Of a stretch of 64,000 bases of DNA, positions 6,059-13,300 are shown one piece after another. The stretch is taken from assembly GCA_902826515.1 (NCBI GenBank), contig CADEFD010000007.1, positions 3,373 through 67,372 of the forward strand, written 5' to 3'. Under the pieces are notes generated by a model, which did no database searches, had not been told where the DNA came from, and saw only the letters and a program-made list of their open reading frames with translations. The position numbers and the translations under genes are program-made. The stretch comes from an uncultured Acidobacteriota bacterium (lineage in GTDB: Bacteria > Acidobacteriota > Vicinamibacteria > Vicinamibacterales > UBA2999). Each line of letters starts with the position of its first letter. Position 1 is the first letter of the stretch.

Positions 6059-9049
6059 ATGACTCATCGCATCGCGCTGCTCGTCTGCCTGCTCGCCGCG
6101 CTGCCCGTGCGCGCCTCGGGCCAGTATTTCGGCCAGAACAAAGTGCAGTACGAGCGCCTGCGGTTCCAGGTGCTGGCCACCCCGAATTTCGACATCTATC
6201 ACTATCCGGAAGAAGCCGACGCCGTGCGCCTGGCCGCGCGCCTGGTCGAGCAGTGGCGCGCCAGCCTCACGACCACGCTCGGCTTCGGCCTGCCGGGCCG
6301 GCAGCCGCTCGTCCTCTACGCCAGTCATCCGCACTTCACGCAGACGCAGATCGTGGGCGGCCTCATCGGCGAAGGCACTGGCGGCGTCACCGAATCGCTG
6401 AAGCGCCGCATGGCGCTGCCATTTGCCGCCTCGCTCGGCGAAACCAGCCACGTGCTGGGACATGAGCTGGTGCACGCCTTCCAGTACGCCGCGGGGGGCG
6501 AGCGCATCGGCGCCCTGCCGCTCTGGTTCATCGAGGGCATGGCCGAATACCTGTCGCTCGGCAACGACGATGCACACACGGCGGCCTGGCTGCGCGACCT
6601 CGCCACGCGGGAAGCACTGCCGGGATTCGACGAGCTCGACGACCCCGCGCTCTTTCCCTACCGGGCCGGGCACGCCGCCTGGGCGTACCTTGCCGCGCGC
6701 TTCGGCGATGAGATCGTCGGCTCCGCCTATGTCGCCGCCGCGCGTTCGGGTGATGTTGTATCGGCGATCGAAGCGGCCACGGGTCGCGATATCGCGGACC
6801 TCTCGCGGGCGTGGCACGCCGCGATTCGCGAACGTCATGGCGGCCGGCGCGACTCAGCGGCGCGTGCGCGCACCGTGGTGGGCGGCAGCGATTCCCGCGG
6901 CACGCTGAACGTCGCCCCGGCGCTCAGTCCCGATGGCCGCTGGCTCGCCTTCCTGTCCGAGCGGGGGCTGTTCTCGATCGACCTCTACGTGGCCGAGGCA
7001 GCGACCGGACGCGTGGTGCGCCGCGTGACGACGAGTGACACCGACCCGCACATCGAGAGCCTGAACTTCACCGCGTCGGCCGGCGCCTGGGATCGCAGCA
7101 GTCAGCGGCTGGCCTACACCACCATCACCGGCGGCCGCGCCGTCCTGTCGATCGTCAGCATGGCGGACGGGCCGGATCGCGAACTGCGAATCGACGCGGT
7201 GGATGAAGCGTGGCATCCCACGTGGGCCCCGGACGGCGGTGCCATCGCGTTCAGCGGCCTCTCGGGCGGCGTCTCAGACCTCTACGTCGTGACGCTCGAC
7301 GACGGCGCGGTGCGGCGCCTCACCGACGACGCGTACGCCGACCTGCAGCCTGCCTGGTCGCCGGATGGCCGGTCGCTGGTGTTCGTGACCGATCGGTTTT
7401 CCTCGCGCCTCGATGCCCTGACCTTCGGCGACTGGCGTCTTGCGACCATCGCCGCGAGCGGCGGCCGCGTGGACCGGCGTCTGGCCTTCGAGACCGGCGG
7501 GCACCTCAACCCGCAGTGGGACGACGACGGCACGCATCTGTTCTTCGTGGCCTCGCCGGATGGCGCGCCGAACATCTATCGTCAGCGCCTGGCGGATGGC
7601 CGCATCCAGCAGGTCACCGACGTCGTGACCGCGGTGTCCGGCATCACGAGCGGCAGTCCCGCCATCTCCTACGCGCCCGAGGCGCGCCGCCTGGCGTTCG
7701 GCGTGCTGCGCAACGGCGGGTACGACCTGCGCGTGCTCGAGGCCGATGCCTGGACCGGGGCTGCAGAGGTGCCGGCCGGCACCTCGGGTACGCGCGCCCG
7801 CCTGTTCGCAACGGCGAGCCGGGCCGGCGACGTGTTGCCCGGCACGACCGCTCGCGCCACACCGGCCGACCTGCCGGCCACGGTCGAGCCCTATCGCCCG
7901 TCGCTGTCGCTCGATCTCGCCGGGGCCGGCGGCGGCGTCGGGGTGTCCGGCCGCTACGGCGCCACCTTCGGCGGCGGCGTGGGCCTGCAGTTCAGCGACA
8001 TGCTCGGAGACCACAACCTCGGTGCCTATGTGAGCGCCAACGGCGGCGTGCGCGACATCGGCGCACAGGTGCTGTACGTGAATCGCTCCTCGCGCTGGAA
8101 CTGGGGCGCCGCGGCCCTGCGTCTGCCGTACGCCTCCGGCGCCATCAGCCAGACACTCGACACGACGAGCGACGGCCGTCTCGTGGTTCGCGAAGATCAG
8201 GAAGTCTTCAGGCAGACCGACACCGAGCTGCGCGGCATCGTGGCGTATCCGTTCAGCCGAGCGATGCGGGTCGAGTTCCAGGCCGGCGGCAGACGCCTCG
8301 GATTCAGCCGCGAAGTCACGAGCCGCACGTTCGACCTGTCGTCCGGCGAACTGCTGACCGACAGCGAGCAGGATCTGGCGGCCCCCGGCGCGTTGACCTT
8401 CGCGGAAGCGAGCGCCGCCCTCGTCTACGACCAGTCGACCTTCGGTCCGACGAGCCCGATCACCGGCCAGCGGTACCGCTTCGAGGTGGCGCCGTCGGTC
8501 GGATCGCTCCGGTTCACGAGTGTCACGCTCGACTACCGGCGGTACGTGCCGGTCGTGCGGCCCGTGACGCTGGCCGTCCGTGCCATGCACCTGGCCCGGT
8601 TCGGCGGCGGCGCCGAAGACCCGCGCCTGTCGGAACTGTTCCTGGGGTACCCGGCGCTCGTGCGCGGCTACGACGCGGGCTCGTTCGATGCGGTGAACGA
8701 CTGTGATGCCACGACGCGGACCTGCCCGGAGTTCGATGCGCTCTTCGGATCGCGGCTGCTTCTTGCCAATGCCGAGCTCAGGTTCCCGCTGCTCGGCGTC
8801 TGGACGGGCCGGTATCACTACGGCCCGATTCCCATCGAAGGATTTCTCTTCTCGGATGCCGGCGTGGCCTGGACGTCCACGATTCGTCCGTCGTTTGCCG
8901 GCGGCGTTCGCGATGTGGTGCGCAGCGCCGGGGCCGGCGTGCGCGTGAACGCCTTCGGCTACGCGATCGTCGAGCTGGCGATGGCGCGGCCGTTCGACCG
9001 TACCCGGAAGGGATGGGTCTTCAGTTTCAACCTGCGTCCTGGCTACTGA
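6059..9049 (+). CDS. Outer-membrane protein: HExxH peptidase-like domain + PD40/TolB-like propeller repeats + Omp85/surface-antigen-type beta-barrel
   Basis: Signal peptide MTHRIALLVCLLAALPVRASG. HELVH followed by FIEGMAEY (MA-clan-like). Repeated SPDGR/APDGG/SPDGRSLVF motifs. The C-terminal barrel ends ...WVFSFNLRPGY with an aromatic terminus. Confidence 0.8.
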   Translation: MTHRIALLVCLLAALPVRASGQYFGQNKVQYERLRFQVLATPNFDIYHYPEEADAVRLAARLVEQWRASLTTTLGFGLPGRQPLVLYASHPHFTQTQIVGGLIGEGTGGVTESLKRRMALPFAASLGETSHVLGHELVHAFQYAAGGERIGALPLWFIEGMAEYLSLGNDDAHTAAWLRDLATREALPGFDELDDPALFPYRAGHAAWAYLAARFGDEIVGSAYVAAARSGDVVSAIEAATGRDIADLSRAWHAAIRERHGGRRDSAARARTVVGGSDSRGTLNVAPALSPDGRWLAFLSERGLFSIDLYVAEAATGRVVRRVTTSDTDPHIESLNFTASAGAWDRSSQRLAYTTITGGRAVLSIVSMADGPDRELRIDAVDEAWHPTWAPDGGAIAFSGLSGGVSDLYVVTLDDGAVRRLTDDAYADLQPAWSPDGRSLVFVTDRFSSRLDALTFGDWRLATIAASGGRVDRRLAFETGGHLNPQWDDDGTHLFFVASPDGAPNIYRQRLADGRIQQVTDVVTAVSGITSGSPAISYAPEARRLAFGVLRNGGYDLRVLEADAWTGAAEVPAGTSGTRARLFATASRAGDVLPGTTARATPADLPATVEPYRPSLSLDLAGAGGGVGVSGRYGATFGGGVGLQFSDMLGDHNLGAYVSANGGVRDIGAQVLYVNRSSRWNWGAAALRLPYASGAISQTLDTTSDGRLVVREDQEVFRQTDTELRGIVAYPFSRAMRVEFQAGGRRLGFSREVTSRTFDLSSGELLTDSEQDLAAPGALTFAEASAALVYDQSTFGPTSPITGQRYRFEVAPSVGSLRFTSVTLDYRRYVPVVRPVTLAVRAMHLARFGGGAEDPRLSELFLGYPALVRGYDAGSFDAVNDCDATTRTCPEFDALFGSRLLLANAELRFPLLGVWTGRYHYGPIPIEGFLFSDAGVAWTSTIRPSFAGGVRDVVRSAGAGVRVNAFGYAIVELAMARPFDRTRKGWVFSFNLRPGY

Positions 9050-9077
9050 CGTACTTGCACCGAGAGGGGAGTGGACG

Positions 9078-9308
9078 ATGTCGACGACGTACTGGATATC
9101 ACTGGGCTTGGTGGTGGTCGGCGCCTTGAACTGGGGTCTCGTGGGCCTCTTCCAGTTCGATCTGGTGGCCGAGCTGTTTGGCGGTCCGGAGACGGCCGCG
9201 AGCCGCGCGGTCTACACGCTGGTAGGTCTTGCCGCCATCCTGCTGCTGGTCGTGCGGAACCAGCCGGCGGTCCCGGGGATCACGGCCGAGACGCGGTCGC
9301 TCGGCTGA
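9078..9308 (+). CDS. DUF378 small membrane protein
   Basis: 76 aa with SD GAGGGGAG upstream. The sequence WISLGLVVVGALNWGLVGLFQFDLVAELFGG...RAVYTLVGLAAI is the DUF378 signature. Confidence 0.8.
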   Translation: MSTTYWISLGLVVVGALNWGLVGLFQFDLVAELFGGPETAASRAVYTLVGLAAILLLVVRNQPAVPGITAETRSLG

Positions 9309-10078
9309 TGCGCGCGAGCGGGCTCACGGGGGCGGCGGTCGCCGCCGCGGCGGCGACCCTCGCCGCGCCGATGATCCGGACCATCGCGCGCGGACGCGGC
9401 CTGGCCGCCTGCCCGCGCCGGTTCGTTCGCCGCCGGCAAGGCGGCATGCGGGTGCTCGTGGTCGGCGACAGCTCGGGCGTGGGTGTGGGGGCCAGCAGCC
9501 CCGTATACTCTGTGGCCGGGCGCCTCGCCGCGGCGCACCCCGACTGGTCGATCGGCAATCTCGCGGTGGTCGGCAGCCGCACCGCCGATGTCGCCCGCCT
9601 CGTGTCACGGCTTCGGCGCCGCACTGCGCCGCGGACCGTCGCCGGTCACCCCTACGATCTGCTCATCGTGCATACAGGCGGGAACGACGCGCTGCATGCG
9701 ACGCCCTCGCCCGAGCTGGAAGAGTCTGTCGACCGGCTGGTGGCGGCGGCCTGCCTCGTCGCCCGCCATACGGTCATCGTCACGGGCGGGAACCTGGCAC
9801 TCGCGCCGGCTCTGCCCGTGCCCTGGTCGTGGTGGTTCGGCGCCCAGTCGCGCCGGGTGCGCGACGTCCTCCGCTGGCGCATCCCGGGCACCCATGTGGT
9901 GTACGTCGACCTCTACCGGAAACCGGAAGCCGACCCGACCGTCCGCGAGCCTGAGCGGTTCTTCGCACGGGATGGTCTGCATCCAAGCGACGAGAACTAC
10001 GCGTTGTGGTCACACGCCATCGACCAGCACGTGCCGGCCGTGCCCGGGCGCGCGTACGAGGCGATGCTCCGCGCGTGA
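9308..10078 (+). CDS. SGNH/GDSL-family hydrolase
   Basis: ATG at 9308 overlaps the DUF378 stop (TGATG). Block I is VLVVGDSSGVGVG, block III is GGNDA, and block V is DGLHPSDENY. The track ORF 9071..10078 carries a non-coding-looking N-terminal extension. Confidence 0.8.
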   Translation: MRASGLTGAAVAAAAATLAAPMIRTIARGRGLAACPRRFVRRRQGGMRVLVVGDSSGVGVGASSPVYSVAGRLAAAHPDWSIGNLAVVGSRTADVARLVSRLRRRTAPRTVAGHPYDLLIVHTGGNDALHATPSPELEESVDRLVAAACLVARHTVIVTGGNLALAPALPVPWSWWFGAQSRRVRDVLRWRIPGTHVVYVDLYRKPEADPTVREPERFFARDGLHPSDENYALWSHAIDQHVPAVPGRAYEAMLRA

Positions 10079-10089
10079 AGTGCGGCTGG

Positions 10090-10563
10090 TCAGTTCGCGC
10101 GGACGATGGCCGCGTTCAGCGCAGTCGCGTAGGTCACCCAGAACAGATACGGCACGAGCAGGGCGGCGGCCACGGTGCTCTGTCGCGAGAACAGCAGAAT
10201 CGTCAGCGCGATGAAGACCCCAGGACGAGGATCTCGACGAGCGCCAGCCCTGGCTGCTGCAGGCCGAAGAACAGGAACGACCACGCGAAGTTCAGCGTCA
10301 GTTGCGCGAGGAACAGCCGGATGGCCGCGGCGTCGACCCGCTGGCCCGTGCGCATCCAGACCATCCAGGCCGCGGTGCCCATCAGCGCGTACAACGTCGT
10401 CCACACGGGCCCGAACACACGGCGGCGGCGTCCACGAGGGCTTGTCGAGCGTGGCGTACCACGGACTCATGCCGCTGTTGCTCAGGTAGCCGACGAGCGC
10501 GCCGCCGCCGATGGTGAGTACGAGCCAGAAGGCCAGACCGCGCAGTGATCCGGTGCGTGACAT
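10090..10563 (-). pseudogene. tspO: TspO/MBR (tryptophan-rich sensory protein) with two compensating frame disruptions
   Basis: The N-terminus (GYLSNSGMSPWYATLDKPSWTPP) and C-terminus (LLVPYLFWVTYATALNAAIVRAN) are in one frame. The conserved middle (VFGPVWTTLYALMGTAAWMVW...LAQLTLNFAWSFLFFG...ALVEILVL) is in another frame (track ORF 10203..10418). The breaks are near 10416-10420 and 10215-10223. Confidence 0.8.
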
Positions 10564-10709
10564 GCCCGGAGCGGTGCATGAATTGCGCCGCCCGCGCGTG
10601 CCGCGAAATTCCCGCCGGGTGGGTAGCCGCCTACTCAGATTGGGCAGGCGGCGTTCTCGCGACCCTCGCAGGGCGTCCGTAAACGCGGCATACCGTTTGA
10701 AGCACTGGC

Positions 10710-11747
10710 GTGTCAGTGGGCACGCATCACACTCGTTCGTTGTGGGGGCTCGCCGCGCTGACCGCCGGCGCCCTCGCGGTCTTCCACGGTTCCCGACGGT
10801 CGAGGCTGCCGTCGTGGCAGGGCCGCGTCGTGCTTATCACGGGCGGCGCGCGCGGCCTCGGGTTCGCACTGGCCCGCTGCTTTGCCGACCGCGGCGCCAT
10901 CGTCTGGCTCGCGGCGCGGCATGGCGACCAGCTCGATCGCGCCGTGGACCGGCTCCGACTCCCCGGCGCCGAGATTCACGCATATGTCGTCGACGTGCGC
11001 GACCGCGAGGCGGTCGAGTCGCTCGTTGCCGCGGTCGTGGCGCGCCACGGGCGTCTCGATGCCGTCGTGAACAACGCCGGCGTCATCACGGCGATGCCGT
11101 TCGACAACGCGGAACTGAGCGATTTTGCCGAGTCGCTCGACACGCACTTCTGGGGACCGCTGCATGTCATCCGCGCCGCCCTGCCGTGGCTGCGCCGCCA
11201 GCCGATCAGCCACATCATCAACGTCTCGTCGATCGGCGGCCGCGTCGGCGTGCCGCACCTCGCGCCCTACTGCGCCGGGAAGTTCGCGCTGGCCGGGCTG
11301 TCTGAAGTGTTGCGCGCGGAACTCGCCGGTGATGGCGTGTGGGTCACACTCGCCACCCCGGGCCTGATGCGCACCGGCTCGGTGGGCAACGTCCGCGTGC
11401 GGGGAGACCACGTCGCCGAAGCCCGGTGGTTCGCGGCGCTGTCGGCCACGCCCTTGACGTCACAACATGCGATGCGCGCCGCCGGCGAGATCGTGATGGC
11501 CGCGGGACGACGCCGGGCGGTGGTGATGCCGGGGTGGCAGGCGCGCCTGCAGCACGCCGCGAATACGCTCGCGCCCGAGCTCACGGCGGCGGGGCTCCAG
11601 GCCGTGTCACGACGCGTGCTGCCGAACGCCGTGCCTGGTCCGTCGCCGTCGCGGGCGGTGTCCGACCTCGACCTCGGCTGGGCCGCGCCGCTCGTGTCGG
11701 CGGTCACGGCCCGCGCCTACAACCAGCCCGTGCCGTCGGCGTCCTGA
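10710..11747 (+). CDS. SDR-family oxidoreductase with an N-terminal membrane anchor
   Basis: TGGARGLG cofactor motif, NNAG, and catalytic S...YCAGK. N-terminal hydrophobic segment LWGLAALTAGALAVF. The GTG start is uncertain. Confidence 0.85.
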   Translation: MSVGTHHTRSLWGLAALTAGALAVFHGSRRSRLPSWQGRVVLITGGARGLGFALARCFADRGAIVWLAARHGDQLDRAVDRLRLPGAEIHAYVVDVRDREAVESLVAAVVARHGRLDAVVNNAGVITAMPFDNAELSDFAESLDTHFWGPLHVIRAALPWLRRQPISHIINVSSIGGRVGVPHLAPYCAGKFALAGLSEVLRAELAGDGVWVTLATPGLMRTGSVGNVRVRGDHVAEARWFAALSATPLTSQHAMRAAGEIVMAAGRRRAVVMPGWQARLQHAANTLAPELTAAGLQAVSRRVLPNAVPGPSPSRAVSDLDLGWAAPLVSAVTARAYNQPVPSAS

Positions 11748-11809
11748 AGGGTACGGCGGGCCTCGCGCGTCTGACGCCGCCCGCCTCGATGTCTGTTCCT
11801 GGGGGTGTG

Positions 11810-13300
11810 ATGAACGCGCAGATCGCTGATTCGCTGGCGCCGACCGGTGTCGAGGGCCTCGACAACATCCTTGGTGGAGGCCTGCCCGCGGGATGTTTCT
11901 ACCTCGTGCAGGGCGACCCGGGCTCCGGTAAGACCACGCTGGCCCTGCAGTTCCTCTTCGAGGGATTGTCGCGCGGCGAGTCGGTGTTCTACATCACGCT
12001 GTCGGAGACCCGCGCCGAACTGGAGCGGGTGGCGCGATCGCACGGCTGGACGCTCGACAAGGTCCCGCTGCTCGAGCTGTCGGCCATCGAGGCCCTCCTC
12101 ACACCCGATGCCCAGACGACGGTGTTCCACCCCTCGGAGCTGGAGCTGAACAGCGTGGCGCAGCTCGTGATCGACGAGGCTAGGAAGATCCAGCCGGCCC
12201 GCGTGGTGTTCGACTCGCTCTCCGAGTTCCGGCTGATGGGCGACACCCAGTTGCGCTATCGACGCCAGCTCCTCAGCCTGAAGCAGGCGTTTGCGGCCCT
12301 CGGCAGCACGGTGCTGCTGCTCGACGACAAGATGGACAACGCCCGCTGGGGCGCCGACCCGCACATCCTCAGCCTGACCCACGGCGTCATCGAGATGGAG
12401 CAGCTGGCGCCCGATTACGGCCGGGCGCGCCGCCGAATCCGCGTGCAGAAGATGCGGGGCGTGTCGTTCCGCGAGGGGTATCACGACTACGCGATCGAGA
12501 AGGGCGGCATCCGCACGTTCCCGCGGCTCGTGCCCGCGGAGCATCACGTGGCATTTACGCGCGAGGCGGTGTCGAGCGGCGTGCCGGCACTCGACGCCCT
12601 GCTCGGCGGCGGGCTCGATCGCGGCACCACGACCCTCATCCTGGGCCAGGCGGGCACCGGCAAATCCACCATGGCGCTGCAGTACGCCGCGACGCTTGCC
12701 GCGCAGGGCGAGCGGAGCCAGCTGTTCGCGTTCGACGAGACCCGCGGCATCGTGCTCGCGCGCGCCGATGCCCTCGGCCTGCGGCTCTCGGAGCACGTCG
12801 AGAGCGGGCTCATCACGCTGCAGCAGGTGGACCCGGCCGAGCTGTCGCCGGGCGAGTTTGCGTGCCGCATCGCCCGGGCCGTTGAAGGCGGCTGCCGGCT
12901 GGTGGTCATCGACACGCTGAACGGCTACCTCAACGCCATGCCGGGCGAGTCGTATATGAACAACCAGCTGCACGAACTCTCCGCCTATCTGAATCAGCAG
13001 GGCGTCGTGACGATCTTCGTGCTCGCCCAGCATGGACTGGTCGCGGCGGCCGAGGCGCCCGTCGACCTGAGCTACCTGGCCGACACCGTCATCAGCGCGC
13101 GCTACTTCGAAGCCGCGGGCCACGTCCGGAAGGCGGTATCGGTCATCAAGAAGCGCAGCGGTCCGCACGAGACCGCAATTCGCGAGCTCGCCCTGGTCCC
13201 GCACGTGGGGATGCGCATCGGAGAACCGCTCACTGACTTTCAGGGCGTCCTCACGGGCTTGCCGTCGTTCCGCGGCGACCTCTCGCAGATGATCGAGTGA
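11810..13300 (+). CDS. KaiC-like double-domain RecA-superfamily ATPase
   Basis: There are two tandem KaiC/RadA-type domains. Each begins with G...LD..LGGGL and carries a Walker A motif (GDPGSGKTT; GQAGTGKST). ATG at 11810 follows GGGGGTG; the alternative is ATG at 11789. The longer track ORF from 11339 overlaps the SDR gene. Confidence 0.85.
   Translation: MNAQIADSLAPTGVEGLDNILGGGLPAGCFYLVQGDPGSGKTTLALQFLFEGLSRGESVFYITLSETRAELERVARSHGWTLDKVPLLELSAIEALLTPDAQTTVFHPSELELNSVAQLVIDEARKIQPARVVFDSLSEFRLMGDTQLRYRRQLLSLKQAFAALGSTVLLLDDKMDNARWGADPHILSLTHGVIEMEQLAPDYGRARRRIRVQKMRGVSFREGYHDYAIEKGGIRTFPRLVPAEHHVAFTREAVSSGVPALDALLGGGLDRGTTTLILGQAGTGKSTMALQYAATLAAQGERSQLFAFDETRGIVLARADALGLRLSEHVESGLITLQQVDPAELSPGEFACRIARAVEGGCRLVVIDTLNGYLNAMPGESYMNNQLHELSAYLNQQGVVTIFVLAQHGLVAAAEAPVDLSYLADTVISARYFEAAGHVRKAVSVIKKRSGPHETAIRELALVPHVGMRIGEPLTDFQGVLTGLPSFRGDLSQMIE

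Noticed and set aside
9071-9307. N-terminal 79-codon extension of the SGNH hydrolase ORF, and likewise 11339..11788 ahead of the KaiC-like gene, 19795..20103 ahead of the OM barrel gene, and 1279..1452 and 1933..2043 in the stress operon
   Set aside because: The extensions overlap better-supported genes in other frames, lack family features and are Arg/Gly-rich. Internal starts with SD sequences or stop-start coupling give products of normal family length.
11810-13300. Calling the KaiC-like gene a circadian clock component
   Set aside because: No kaiA or kaiB is in the window, and the catalytic EE pair positions appear to carry a single Glu. Only the generic KaiC-like/RecA-superfamily signalling ATPase call is supported.
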